Of a stretch of 64,000 nt of DNA, positions 12,350 to 27,067 are shown in pieces (the stretch's first letter is position 1; every line of letters begins with the position of its first letter). Origin of the DNA: Octopus sinensis (taxonomy: Eukaryota); assembly GCF_006345805.1 (NCBI RefSeq), contig NC_043004.1:60264001-60328000 (forward strand). Reading direction: 5' to 3'. Below the pieces are notes generated by a model, which saw nothing but the letters and a program-made list of their open reading frames with translations, did no database searches and had not been told where the DNA came from. The position numbers and the translations under genes are program-made.

Positions 12350-13072
12350 TACTTTACCTCAGACAAGAGAGTCTAGCTTTGCTTTTCGATTTGATTTTGT
12401 TTCATGTTTAGCTGAAATGTAGTATGTAGCTTAACACTATTCAATATGTCATTCATTGTAATAACTGTAGTATGTGATGCAAAGAATATATGGCTGCAAC
12501 ATCTACCATTTTCAATTTACAAACGAAAAACCCCATCAATGACTCTGTTGCCGGTTTGTGTTTTGTTATTTTCTTTTAGCACCTGCTTTTCGAGTTTAAG
12601 ACACTTAAGTCAGCAAACTGCGTCAACAAGTATAGTTATGTAGACATACCAGAAGCGTGTTGTTTTCATTAAAATATTTATAGCAGTAACAAACTAAGCA
12701 GTGATGAGATTGCTGTGAGTTGATGTGGTTGGCAGTGAATGGTACTATATTCAGTTCTATGATTAGTTTAGGGGATTTTCTTTATTTTCTTACATCATGA
12801 TATTACATGTAAATCCCACGATATGTAAAAGAAATATTTTTCTTGCATTTCTCTGCTTGTTTTCACATATTTTGTGATTACTTATTTTGTAGTATTGCAT
12901 GTTCGTTCTCCTTTGCGTACAAATCCTATGTACCAACAAGCCCAAATGTACTAGGATACACGGTATGAAGACTAAACGAACTGATCGTAGATGGTATTAT
13001 AGATAATATGACCAACGCAGTCAGATTAGAACATAAATACATATCCAATTTCAGTTACATAATTTTGAACAC

Positions 13073-13102
13073 TATATCTATCTATCTATCTATCTATCTA
13101 TC

Positions 13103-13172
<70 letters not shown>

Positions 13173-13225
13173 CCTATCTATCTATCTATCTATCTATCTA
13201 TCCCTATCTATCTATCTATCTATCC

Positions 13226-13297
<72 letters not shown>

Positions 13298-13681
13298 ATC
13301 TGCCTATCTATATACTTAATATATACACATGTTTACATGCATATACACATACATACAAGCATACGCATATATTTATACACCTACACAAACACATAGACAC
13401 ACACAAACACACATGCAAATATACATACAGGCATGCCTGCATACATACATACATACATACATACATACCTGCATGCATATATGCATACATACATACATAC
13501 ATGCATACATACATACATACATGCATACATACATACATGCATACATACATACATACATACATACATGCATGCATGCATACATACATACATACATACATAC
13601 ATACATACATACATACATGCATACATGCATACATACATACATACATGCATACATGCATACATACATACATACATACATACA

Positions 13682-13712
<31 letters not shown>
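13073..13712. repeat. (TATC)n and (TACA/TGCA)n microsatellite blocks
   Basis: Direct reading; source of many spurious ORFs. Confidence 0.9.
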
Positions 13713-13715
<3 letters not shown>

Positions 13716-14425
13716 CACGAACACACAGACAGTCTCATGCACACATTAAATTCTTATCAATAGTATTATTTAAAATGCCTTTAAAATGTCAGATTACACA
13801 CTGCACTCCCTTCATTCTCTCCCTCTTCTCATCACATGTCTTACCTCTTACCTCTACCCACCGGCCACCTCCTTCACACATCTCTCCTAGAAAAATCATT
13901 ACTGTCTATAATGGTATTTAACATTATCCCCGTGGGAAGTAACTATTGTTCAAGTTGCCCTCAACGGCGGAGGTTGATAGACATGGAAGCAGTAAAATCT
14001 TACTCCCCAAACTGTAGTGCATATGATGTCATGGTTAAGATTGCTGCTGGCAAGACGAAACATTTAACGATGTAACTTTATTGTTGACAATTCTCCGGGG
14101 TATAATTATTGGTTAACGTTGATGGCAACAGACATGACAGGTGCAGAAGGTGGTGGTAATGATAACGTCTTTGAACGTCATTCACACAAGCATGCATACA
14201 TTTAGGAATACCCGATTATATATATATATATATATATGCACACGGTTTGCGCGTGTATGCACGTACGTATCAGTAACTATATCAGCTGCTTTTATATTTA
14301 CACAGGTCCATGGATGCTAATATGTATAAGTGTGTATGTGTATGTGCGTGCGTGTGCGAGTGTGTGCGTGTGCGTCTGTGTGTACGTGTGTATATGTGTG
14401 AGTGTGTGTTATATACACACACTCA

Positions 14426-14428
14426 GAT

Positions 14429-14463
<35 letters not shown>

Positions 14464-14498
14464 TATAGATAGATAGAGTAAGATAGATAGACATAGAT

Positions 14499-14593
<95 letters not shown>

Positions 14594-14630
14594 TATAGAT
14601 AGATAGAGTAAGATAGATAGACATAGATGT
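14426..14630. repeat. (GATA)n microsatellite
   Basis: Direct reading. Confidence 0.9.
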
Positions 14631-15707
14631 ATATACGCAAACACATACACACACACATATCTGTGTGTATATAAAATTGTACACTAATAGGCATATTTAC
14701 AAATATAAACATAGCTATAAACACTCGTATATTCCTATACAGATATCATTCTGTGCGTGTGTGTGTATGTGTGTGTGAGAGGGAGAGAGAGAGAGAGAGA
14801 GAGAGTGCGTATGTGTGTGTATGCTTGTGTGTTTGAGGGAGAGAGAGTATGTGTGTTTGTATGTGTGTCTGAGTCTCTGTGTGTGAACATATATATCTGC
14901 ATGCGTGTATATATGTACACAGCAGCATAATGTGTGTATGTATTCATATATGTATGTATGTTTGTATGTATGCACATATGTTTATACGCGTGTATATACA
15001 AGATCCATTATCGGTTTTAACAATAAACAATCAGGTGTATGATAAGTTTAATTACTTGTAAACTAAACTAGACTATAAGTGGTCGAGTATTCCGGACACA
15101 CGCAACATTTTACCTTGATGCACAGAATAAAGCAGCGTCAGAAGCTACATATAACAAGCGGCACCTTGAAATACCGTTTGTATTATTTAAATCTTCTATT
15201 TCCCCATAGCTTATCTTCCCACAGCGTCACGTAGAAAGAGAGGAGGTTGTGCTTAAAAAAAAATATTCTTCCAAGTTGACTAAATCCTCAGCTTCATAAC
15301 TGCAATGCAAAATTCTTAGCTAGCTTTGAACTGCCGCAACACACACACTAACGCATGTATGTACATGCATATATACTACATAAAGTACACGAATAGATGC
15401 ACATACAAATATACACGCACATCTTTGTGTGCTTGCGTGAGTATAAGCGACAGAATGCGCACACTCCTGTGAATTATTTTGTTCATGTGTACAAGAATAT
15501 GTACAAATATGCGTGTGTATATAGATAAAGGCTTATACACATACACACACATATAAATGAAGGAGTGGCTGTGTGGTAAGAAGCTTGCTTCCCAACCACA
15601 TGGTTCCGGATTTTGTGGCACCTTGGGCAGGTGTCTTTTACTGTAGCCACGGGCCAACCAAAGCCTTCTGAGTAGATTTGGGAGACGGAAACTGAAAGAA
15701 ACCCGTC

Positions 15708-15888
<181 letters not shown>

Positions 15889-15951
15889 ATATAACATTAT
15901 TGGTGAATTGAAGAAATGGAGCTGAACGCAGATTGAACAGAAATCGTTTTA

Positions 15952-16041
15952 TTTCATTCTACACGTGTTTCGAAAGGCACAAATTACCAAAATCCGATTG
16001 AATAATGGGACCATATTGTGTCTTTCTCTTCAGGAAGAAAA
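15952..16041 (-). ncRNA. Minimal type I hammerhead ribozyme (family A, inverted arm)
   Basis: Reverse complement of 16881-16970. Confidence 0.75.
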
Positions 16042-16880
16042 AAGGAAATCCGTTGGAAAAACAAGAACAGAACAGAGGCGGAGCAAAAAACAAATCGAAC
16101 TGTGCTCCTAAGAGCCCACTACGTTACAGTCGGCTTTTCGATGCCCCCATTGGCGGCGTTACACTTATCTGGCCTTTAAATAGCGTTTATAAATAATACC
16201 GGCACCCATAGCCCTTGGTAACAAATTCTGAAATAGCCATTGGCGGCGTTACACTTATCTGGCCTTTAAATAGCGTTTATAAATAATACCGGCACCCATA
16301 GCCCTTGGTAACAAATTCTGAAATAGCCTTTAAGATATCTACGATTAACCACTGCAAGGGGAATTACTCCTGTAAGACAAACGGGGCTTGGTTTTTTCAC
16401 AGCGGGGGGTTTCCTTGACAAGGCAGGCTTAGATGAACACACACACACATAAAACATAATATATATATATAAATTTTTTTTATTTTTTTCTTTCTGCCAC
16501 CCAACGGTTATCACGGCAGTAGCCACTGACAGCCGAACGATCAAACGCACACACGTACACAAAAAATGTTTTCTACCCCTACGCCAACACACACATATAT
16601 AGAACAGTATACACACACACACACGTCTCTAAGTAGATTTTTCTCGCCCCTTATAAAACATCCAATATTCTTTAAATAGTCAGAACTTTATTCTCGGTCA
16701 CAAAGAACATCTATACACAATCACCCACATGATTGACCGATGCCTGACCCGTTGAATTCTTCAGCCACCGGTTCTCAACATACACTGATAAACAGTTTCG
16801 CCATGGGCTCTTAGGAGCACAGTTCGATTTGCTTTTTGCTCCGCCTCTGTTCTGTTTTTGTTTTTCCAACGGATTTCCTT

Positions 16881-16970
16881 TTTTCTTCCTGAAGAGAAAG
16901 ACACAATATGGTCCCATTATTCAATCGGATTTTGGTAATTTGTGCCTTTCGAAACACGTGTAGAATGAAA
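16881..16970 (+). ncRNA. Minimal type I hammerhead ribozyme (family A)
   Basis: CUGAAGA 16889-16895; stem II GAAAG-a-CACAA/UUGUG-c-CUUUC; GAAA 16951-16954; stem III palindrome ACACGUGU; GUA cleavage after 16962; stem I UUUU.UUC/GAA.GAAA. Confidence 0.78.
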
Positions 16971-17178
16971 TAAAACGATTTCTGTTCAATCTGCGTTCAG
17001 CTCCATTTCTTCAATTCACCAATAATGTTTTAATTTCAATTATCCGCACCAACGCACGGTTGCAACGCCAGATGGTTGTACCTCCAACCGTGCTGTTTAC
17101 TGCTGTGATTTTTGCTACTAAGGTATCGGTTAAACTTTTGATTAATCTACTACAAGATTATTCATCTTTCTATTTCAC

Positions 17179-17246
<68 letters not shown>

Positions 17247-17257
17247 ATATATATATG

Positions 17258-17301
<44 letters not shown>

Positions 17302-17523
17302 TTGTTTGTTGTTTATGTCTGTGTTTGTTCCCCCACCGTCGCTTGACAACTGATGTAGGTGTGTTTACGTCCCCGTCACTTAGCAGTTCGGCAAAAAAGA
17401 GCGATAGAATAAGTACTCAGCTTACAAATAATAAGTACTGCGATGGATTTATTTGACTAAAAGTGGCGCTCCAGCATGGATGCCGTCAAATGACTGAAAT
17501 AAGTAAAATAGTAAAACGAGAGC

Positions 17524-17557
<34 letters not shown>

Positions 17558-18442
17558 ATATATATATCGTATATGTATATATATATTTTTATATATACAT
17601 ATATTCATGTATGTGTGCATGTATGTATGTATATGTAGATATATATAGGTCTCTCGCTCTCTCACTCTCCTTTAATACAAAATGAATTTGGTTTCTATTT
17701 ACAAAATTTTTTTTATTTATTTTCGTTGTTAAATATATCAGGAAAGGTACCAATGTAACATCTGCCTTTCCTTTGACCAAATACTGTTTACGCTTAAGAA
17801 ATCACTCGAGCTTTTGTTTATCTTCATCTTGTTGTGTAGCGTAATATCAAACTTTGTTGAGAAGAAAGTCCTGCGATAACAACTCGTAGGCCTGACAATT
17901 CATATATGATCTTATTGGAGGCAAGATTCACTACTACTTCTAACAGGATGATAATTATATTGTTGACTACACTGTAACAATACAGTGATCCATCCAAAGT
18001 TCTGTTTGGATGGATAATTTGGTTGCTCTTTCTAGCGGACCATTGACCATACCGATATTTTGTATGTGAGGGACTAATCGCCCATGACTAATGTGAAATA
18101 TGCCTGCCGATACTCGCAACTCGAGAGACGACTCAGAGATTTCCATCACACCTTCGCAGTAATTGGTGTCAATGATGCTGTTCCTGATAATGCTGTTTAG
18201 AATGGTTGGTATTTCGTATTATTGTTTGCTTTAGTATTCTTAATCAAATTTCTAGTTTCCTCGATATGTGCATCTGACAAGACTGATTGCTAATAGGGCA
18301 TTTTAATTAACGGAATTCTCAAAGTTTTTCATTAGTTATTAATCAACTGAGTATTTATTAATTCCATTCTCTTCTCTCACTGGTTATACACTGCTGGCGC
18401 AAGTGCCAAGCGACTTCAGCTGACTTGACTCACAAGGGTAAT

Positions 18443-18487
<45 letters not shown>

Positions 18488-20384
18488 ATTTATTTGTATG
18501 TGTGTGTGTGTGTGTGTGTGTGTGAGTGTTTGTGTGAGTTGGGGTGTAGCATGTTAGTGGTTCGGTTTGGTTCCGTCGTGAAGACGATGTCCTGCGATAC
18601 ATCACAGAGAAATATTAGAGTGGTGGTACTGAGTGTAAGACACAACAACGACGCCAGTCACGAGGGGCGGGAGGAGGAGGAGGATAAGGAGCAAGAGGAG
18701 CAGGAGAAGGAGAGGAGGAGGAGAAGGAGAGGAGGAGGGGTGATAGGAGTGGAAGAAAGACTAAAAGGCGTTGGGACTGTGACAAAAATGAGAAAGCTTG
18801 TGCGATGAAGTCAAAGAAACAGATTAAGATTAACAGAAGGCAAGCTGCTCTTTTTCCTAACTGACATTATGCCTATGCAAACACATTGATTAAGCATTTC
18901 CAGCTCTGCTTTTCTTCAGACCTATACACTCCAACACATATATTTCACATACGTGAAGTCATGAGAGACTTGCGGGATAAAAAATGACAAGTGATGAGGA
19001 ACACAAATGAAGTCTTCGTTAATACAAAGAAGGAGAGATAATTATATACGAATTGATGGCTGTAGAAGAAAGAGAGAGAAGGACAGAGAGAGAGAAAGAG
19101 AGAGAGAGAGAGATAAACGAGAGCTATATAGAGAGAGTGTGGGTGAATGTATATGTGAATGGATGAGTGAAAGAAAGCTAATCCTTATGAATGCATTGTT
19201 ATGTGTGATTGTATGAATCTCTCCCTCCCTCTCTCTCAATTTCTCTGCCTTTCACTCTGTATATGTATGAATGTGGTATTGCACGTTTTCAATGTGTATG
19301 TGTTTCTTAATGAGTGTAAGGCGTGTATGTATTATTAGAAGACAAAGAGTTATTCAACAGAATAGGAGTCGAGGTCAACATTGTATTATTAAAGACAATA
19401 GAAAGCCTGCCGGGTAGAAAAATCTAATTAAATCAGAGACGGGTGGATGATAGCGAAATAGATTCGCGGCGCATAACTAAATGAAAATCACTTGTTAATC
19501 TGTAAAGAATTTTGAGTATGGTCAGGGATAAACTGTCCATAAAAGTTGGTAATAATTGCTGCTTAAGGAGCAAAAGAAAGCAAATTAAATGAAGTAGGTG
19601 AGTAAGTGAGAAATCTTTGTGAATGAAGGGCCGTTGGGAGTGTATGGAGAATAGAGCGAGGAAGAAAATTATAGGAGGAATCAAGTGAGAAAGAGATTAT
19701 TCTAGAATGGGAGGATAAGCAGCCGAATTGGAAGAAATGTAAGAACTAAGAGCCGTAGAATCGGTAAATGAGTGGCTGGAGAAAGAAATCCAAAATGGGA
19801 AAGATAGCATCGGTTTCTGAACGATGTAAATAAGACCTCCAAAAGAATATGGTTTTAATAGATGGACACATTGAGAAGACTAGAGATGAGATAGAAGATA
19901 TGGATACGCGCTGGTAGAGGCTGAGAACACAGGAGGGGAAATGGTCTTAAACATTAGAGAGGGGAGTAAAAGAACTACAAAGTAAGGGAAGGTTGTTACG
20001 GATCTCTAAGAGAGCTAGATTAAGAGAGCAAATAGGGAGTTTGGGGTTAGTACATGAGTGCGGTTGCGCATGCGCATGTATGAGCGACCATTTCAGTGAG
20101 TGCGGAACGAGAAAATAATACAGTTGAGGTCCATAGTAGACCCGGAGGAAAGAAGTAGTAGAAAATGCATAAACGTTTGTAACAAAATGTAGGGAAAAAG
20201 CTGGGACAATGAAAAGTGTTGGGGTAGAAGCCAGAGGATATGTTAACGAGAGATAGATAGGAAAGAGATATGAGATAAGAGGACCCAGTGGAAGAAGAGC
20301 AGGACAGTGTAAACGACGATAGGGAGAGAGAAAAGCTACAGGAGGTGAGAAGAGGGACAGCGTCGGCGTCAATATAAAGGATAA

Positions 20385-20521
20385 CGATAATGATGATAAT
20401 GAGAAGGAGGAGGAGGAGGATAATGATGATGATGAATGTTGAGGTGGTGGTGGTGGTAGTGGTGGTGGTGATTTTGGTGACGATGATGACAATGACATGA
20501 TGATAATTATGACAATGATGG

Positions 20522-20553
<32 letters not shown>
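20385..20553. repeat. Compound (GAT/GGT/GGA)n trinucleotide tract
   Basis: Direct reading. Confidence 0.85.
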
Positions 20554-20554
<1 letters not shown>

Positions 20555-21453
20555 GACGAAGGATAAATAGGAGATGGAGGAGGAGTAGGAAGATGAGGAA
20601 GAGTAAAGAAAAACGCGAACAAACGAGGAAATAGAGAATGGAATATGAGTGAAAAAAGAAATAAATATGAACTAAATATAGTTTTGTACAATTAGAAAAA
20701 CGAGAAATATTCTATGGATTTGAGGCAAAGGGAAATAATGAGAGAGAGAGGGGGAGCGAGAGAGGGGGAGCGAGAGAGAGTGTAGGAGAGAGAGGAGAAA
20801 GTGGGAGAGAGACGGAAGGAGAGGAAGTGTGTGGGAGAGAGAGATAGAGTAAAGGGGATAGAGAGAAAGTGGGAGAGAGAGAGAGAATCACAACACATAG
20901 CCGCCTGCATATTGTAAGTTAGAGATGTCAGGAGAAACGAGAGATTTAGTTACCAGAGAGAAAACAGCCGGGCGCCTGAGACAAGAATTTCATATGTAAT
21001 TCTATCAATGTTAAACAACATCAGAAAAAGCATAAAACAGCGGCAACAACAACAAAAATAATAAATCTATAGACTTTTGGGAATTCCATATATACATAAT
21101 CTTCAACTTTGAAACTGTGTACCAAGAAGTGCCTAGAATCGTTTTTTTTTTCCTTTAATATCTTTTTCATTTTCTTTGTGTAGATTTATGAAATCGACAC
21201 AGGAAAAAGTGTATAAAATATTTGAGAGTAAAAATGGAGCTGGCGTTTATATATTTATATTTTACCTTTTGTTTTAGCCAGAGAAAAAAAAAAGAAAACA
21301 AATATTGCCATTTTCATAACTTGGACATTGCACAGCTCTCTTCTCCCAACAATTGAATTTCAGCCGATGAATGAATATGTGACTGCATACCAAATCATCT
21401 TAATGATGTTGATGTTGATGTCAGCGATGTTGAAGAATCAACCAAACATCACG

Positions 21454-21455
<2 letters not shown>

Positions 21456-21484
<29 letters not shown>

Positions 21485-21529
21485 CGTTGATGAAAACGAT
21501 GATAATGACAGCAGTAATTATTATTATTA

Positions 21530-21567
<38 letters not shown>

Positions 21568-21735
21568 TATTATTATTATGTTTCCCCTTCTTTTTTCCTT
21601 CTCTTCCTTCCTTTTTTTTCTATAATGGTTTTGAGCAGAAAGAATCGCTAACTATTGTACCAGCTCCCCGACTTTGCTGCGTTAATAATAAACACTACCA
21701 CTAATGCTACTACTACTACAACTACTACTACCACA

Positions 21736-21828
<93 letters not shown>

Positions 21829-21967
21829 GCTGATACTACTACTACTACTATTACTATTACTACTACTACTACTACTACTACTAACGCTGCTGCTGCTGCT
21901 GCTACTACTACAGTAATAGTAGTAATAATAATAATAATAATAATAAAAATGATAATAATAATAGTAA

Positions 21968-21999
<32 letters not shown>

Positions 22000-22021
22000 A
22001 TGATGATGATGATGATAATAA
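21456..22021. repeat. Compound trinucleotide arrays (GAT, TTA, CTA, TAA, CTG, ATG)
   Basis: Direct reading; interrupted by non-repetitive sequence around 21580-21700. Confidence 0.85.
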
Positions 22022-22424
22022 ATGCCCTGATGCAGTACCCGGCAGTGGCTCTCGTAGCTTCTGATCTTAACTGATTGGAAGTGTTATCACGTACGTTGTT
22101 TTGTCTTGGCATAAAAGACGGGCTACAGCAAATTTTCTGCTCAATACCACATATTTGCTTGTCAGTTGTTTGACCGTAACCAGTTGAGCATGTCTCTTAG
22201 CGGCTGACGATATGTGCATCTCTGATCATTAGCAGAAGTAGTGGGCGAGCATCGTAGCCATGTGATGAGAGGGATTCTTTGGTGTTTGAATAATTCACTT
22301 CTGGAAACATAGGTGGTTCGTTAAACATCCTTAAACAACGCTTATTCAGGTACCTTTTGAGTGGGATGAGTTACTCGACCAGAAGAAAATTCTAACTGGG
22401 CCCCACCTGCAAGGCATGCAAGCA

Positions 22425-23882
22425 TAAAAGAGAAGGTTAGGAAGTAATGTTATAGAAGAGTTCGAGCAGTCCTGGAGTCTGAGCTGAATGCATATAATAA
22501 GGTGTTAGCCATAAATTCCTTAGCAGTACCAGTTCTTCTTTATAGCGTCAATGTGCTTAACTGGAATACCAGTGAAATAATGAAAATTGACAGAAAAATC
22601 CGCAAGCACCATCCAAAGGCTGACGTGGATCGCCTTTACCTTCCCAGAGCTCAGGGAGGTCAAGGTTTGATCCAGCTTGAACTTACATACAAAACCACTA
22701 CAATCGGACTGGCAAAATTCCTGAAGCAACCAACGATTGGATGCTAAAACTTGTTGAAAAACATGAAAGACTGAAAAGACTTCACTCTATTCTCAAAGAG
22801 AGCAAACAATTCGTTGCTGATCTCTTAGATACCCACCAGATTGATCAGGCTGAAGAAAATGCACCATCTGCAGCTGCAAAGAAAATAAAATTAATTGCAA
22901 AGACAAAAGCACATGAAAATTTAGCTAGCAGTTGGGAACAGAAACCTCTCCATGGCAAGTATGTGGCCCGTAGCAAACAAGCTGATGTCGACCAGAAACA
23001 CACGCACCAATGGTTACGAAGCTCAGGGCTAAAAGCAGAGAGTGAAGGTTTCATATTAGCTTCTCAAGACCAAAGCTTATTAACCCGGAACTACCAAGCC
23101 AATGTGATAAAAAATGGAGCTGACCCAAAATGCCGATTCTGTAACGATGAGATTGAAACAATAGACCACCTAATCTCAGGGTGTAGAGTCTTAGCACCTG
23201 CAGAATATAAAGCAAGACATGACAGAGTCGGCCAGTATTTACATTGGACAATATGTCGGCATTATATAATCAAAACCGCTGACAAATGGTATAAACACCA
23301 TCCTGAAGCTGTGACTGAGGGAGAAAATGTGTCGATTCTATGGGACTTCCCCGTACATACCGACAAGACTATAAAAACTAATAAACCGGATATTATTATA
23401 AAAGATTAGACAAAAAATATGTGTTTATTAATTGACATGAGTATCCCTTGCGATCACAATATAGCGCCGAAAGAATTTGACAAGATTTGTAAATATAAAG
23501 ACCTGCTAATAGAAATTGAAAAATGTGGTATCTCAAGGCGACTACAGTACCAGTGATTTTAGGATCTCTAGGAATGATAAAAAAAAAGGTACTGAAACCT
23601 ATTTGAAAATGATTCCAGGCTTACCATCCCTACAGGAAGTGAAAAAATCGTATTAACTGGAACGGCTCATATACTGAGACGAGCACTATCGCTGTGAAAA
23701 CAAAATCCATCCAAGAATTTATTTATTTATTAATTTTTAAATACATATTTTATCTGTGAATTAGCGTGTGTAATCTGGGAATGCATACAATGAGCTTCTC
23801 TGCCCTAGGTGTATGAAAAACACTCGGCGAGAAACGGAACAAAGTTAGAAGAAAGAAGGAAAAAACATAATCATAATAATAA
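22425..23882 (+). mobile_element. 5'-truncated R4/Dong-clade non-LTR retrotransposon (RT thumb, CCHC finger, restriction-like endonuclease), decayed
   Basis: HHPKADVDRLYLPRAQGGQGL; CRFC..ETIDHLISGC; RHDRVGQYLHW; NKPDIIIKD; frameshift near 22745, stop at 23407; ORF ends 23697; 3' UTR with (TAA)n tail. Confidence 0.9.
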
Positions 23883-26859
23883 TGACGACGACAACGATGA
23901 TGATGCTGATGATGATGATGATCATCATCATTATAATCGCAACATCAACAATTTAGGTACAACTCAACACTTTAGAAGCTTCGAGAACAGTCAGTCAGCC
24001 CGATATCAAGAATTGAAACATTTACATTCTTTGTAGTCGAAGGAAAGAATGAAAGGTAATTTCGTCTACGACCGGACTTCAATGCAGAAATAAAGAAACG
24101 TATGGAAATAACTCTGTCTGTCCTCCACATAGGGAAGAAGATGTAATTATGTGAGTGAGAGTGCGTATTAAAGTAAATGCTCTGCATGAAACATAATATA
24201 AGGAAGAAATAGTGATGTTTAGATATGTTTGCTTCAGGGTGGAATCTTGTAAACGGATGGATTCTCATGTCAATGTCAAGAGAGATTTATACCTCTTAAC
24301 TGGATTTCGCTTGAAATATGCATACACAGACCGTATCACTACTTAAAGACATAAGTGCTTTTAAGATAGGACCCCCTAGTGATAGAACTGACACCGCTAC
24401 TCACAATTTATTAATTTAGAATCAGACAATACAGTAATAAAGTTCTTCTAAGTTTGAAGTAGCAAATGATTTTATATAAACCGCATCGCTCTAGGTAAGA
24501 TATTTTATATTGCATGGCTTTGTAAAAAGCATTTGTTCGACATTTGAAAACAATAATCTCTAATTTAAGCGCAAAATTTAGCAATTCAGGAAAAGTTAGT
24601 CGACAATATTAAGTCCAGTTGTTGGGAGCCATTTAGTTTTATCATTCGTGGAAGTATGAACGCGTGAGTTGGCATGGGTAGAAATCAAATTCAGAACATA
24701 TACAGAAAGAATTAATAGCGGCAGATATTTTTGTCCCGCTCTAACGAGTCTATCAATTCATCACCTGCCGAAATTTCATAACAATCTTTTCTAATATAGA
24801 AATACAAAGTCTAGATCATATATGGAAAGCTCAATCCATTACTTCAAACGTAATACAAAGGCAAATTTGACTTTGACAGCTTTGCGCTCAGAATTTAAAA
24901 GAGACGAAACGTAAACCGTTGATTTTTCTTATCTTTCTCTCTCGTCTCTCTAATGATATTGGCAATCTACAGCAAGTTCAAATTTAAGATGAAATATTAT
25001 TGTTTTGAAGAATGAATTTATTCTACTCCGATGGCAATAATTTTTTGAGTTTGGGAATTATGATACCATAAACAATGCAAAACAAAGTAAGAAGGCTTCG
25101 TAGGGAAACCTACACTCAAAGGAAAGCGATGTATACTTTACTGTGGAGGTAAAATATTTTGAAGCAAACAGCTGTGATTTATTCCCTAAACTGTATATAA
25201 TGACGTAATGAGTGAACATTTTGTTAAACAGATTTAGAGATGAAAAATGAGATCAATACTCTGAAGGGATTATCTTTCATGGCACATAAACCGATGATGT
25301 TAAAAGGAAAAAAAACTTTTATGTAATAACGAAGTAAGGAGAACTACTAAGAGAGTATAATCTATAAAACTAAACAAATGGAAATAAACGGTGATTTCTA
25401 ACAAAACCAGATTTGTATTGATGTAAATCAGCAGAGTAACATAAGACAGAGAAGTTGGGGAAAATTAATGTTTATTCATTTTCCAATATAAAATATGTGG
25501 GATGTTTCATCTTAGCAATGAGATACGATGTAGAATTTAGTACGCTTAGAATTATTATTGTTGTCATTTTTATTTCCCGTTCATTCAAAAGATTTGTGAA
25601 GGAAGCCATTTTTAAACAGATTACAATATATAATTTTTTGCCGAATCTTTACTAACAGGAAGCCTTCACGGTTTTGAGAGTCATCTTCATTTCCTAGGAT
25701 AGATGAGAGTTTTATCTTCAGTCTTTTCATACCCTTGTAGGTATTACAAAGTCTTCCTTGGTGGCTTACCTAAACGAAAATCAGTAAGACTTACAATAAA
25801 CAATCCAGTCACCGAATTACTTTTCAGAATAGGGGTACTTTCTGAACCCTAAACATAAATACGCTTGCATTTAATACAGTTAATTTAAATACAAAACACT
25901 TCGAACACCACTGACTACACCACTACATCCATTACCAACAACATCTACTACTAGTACTATCATAACCAGCACCACGAACACTAATACTGTCATCACTACC
26001 ACCACCTCCATCACTAATACCGCATTCCGATATACAGAAAAGTATGACACACAGAGTAAAAAAAAATATGTACCAGTTTAACGAAATGAAGGAATGGATA
26101 AAGTAGGTAAAAACCAATATACTGCCGAGATGTAGGCAAGCTAGCTCTGAATTTCAAAATCGAAGAAGAACTGAGAGGAACTTTGTCCGTTCTGTGACAG
26201 GATATTCCGTCAGCATCCGGAGAGAACATATAGAAAAGTTCTACTGTTATATAAAACTGAAAATGATGCGCGGCACATGGGCTGGTGGTTGATGTTTCTG
26301 CTCAGCGATTGCTGCTACTGTACATTGATCTCAGTAATACTAAAATCACAGCATAAGATATTTTCATGGACATGAAACGTTCCCTTATTTACACCAATAT
26401 AAAGATACTATTCAGTTAGATATAATAAACCAGCAGTTCATTTTTCTAGCGTCGCGAGCATAAATGAGATACCACCTTAGAACAACTGCAAGTACAGTAA
26501 CTTGCGCAAAAGCTGTAGATTATAAAAATAATAATAATACAGACTTTCTCGAGTAAATTATTCACGAAAGTGCAAGAATAAAATTGATACACATCTCTTC
26601 AAACAAACTGAGAAGCTTGCTTATACCGTTGAAATAGAAGTCGGAATCGGCAGAATCTGAGCGTTGGACACGGTGAATGAAGGCATATGAGTATTATTTA
26701 ATTACAAATAAATATGAGAAGGGCGTTTGCGCTACATATCTGCCACATGGTATTTACGCAATACATGGGCAGAAGAATCATGACTAATGTATGAAACATC
26801 ACTACAGCTGTCAACCCTTGGGACAACACACTACGGAGAGTTTGTGAACGTGGAGATAG

Positions 26860-27067
26860 CCCTAAAACCCTACGCTGACACCAAAACCCTGACCCTAAAA
26901 CCCAAACCTAACCCTAGAACCCTAGCTCTAACCCTAGCCCTAAAACCTTAAAGCAAAAAACCTTAACCCAAACCCTAAAACCCTAACCCTAAACCTAAAA
27001 CCCTAACCCTAACCCTAAAACCCTAAACCTAACCCTAAAACCCTAAACCTAACCCTAAAACCCTAAA
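26860..27067 (+). repeat. Degenerate interstitial telomere-like (CCCTAA/CCCTAAAA)n tract
   Basis: Direct reading, e.g. CCCTAAAACCCTAACCCTAAACCTAAAACCCTAACCCTAACCC. Confidence 0.8.

Larger units (their letters stand above)
15893..17180 (+). mobile_element. PLE-type family A copy 3: 226-bp inverted arms around a 685-bp spacer
   Basis: 15893-16118 is the reverse complement of 16804-17029; long arm ends TTTCACAT (17180); (TA)n on both sides. Confidence 0.82.

Noticed and set aside
17967-18215. Stop-free ~83-codon minus-strand stretch (...EGVMEISESSLELRVSAG...)
   Set aside because: No recognisable homology or convincing splice sites; a BLASTX or RNA-seq check is needed.
19330-19930. Purine-skewed stretch resembling an ancient LINE (a similar one lies at ~43880-44300 minus)
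   Set aside because: Multiple stops and no RT motif I can identify.
22021-22424. Probable interspersed repeat ending in the trinucleotide array
   Set aside because: Single copy in the window; cannot be classified from sequence alone.
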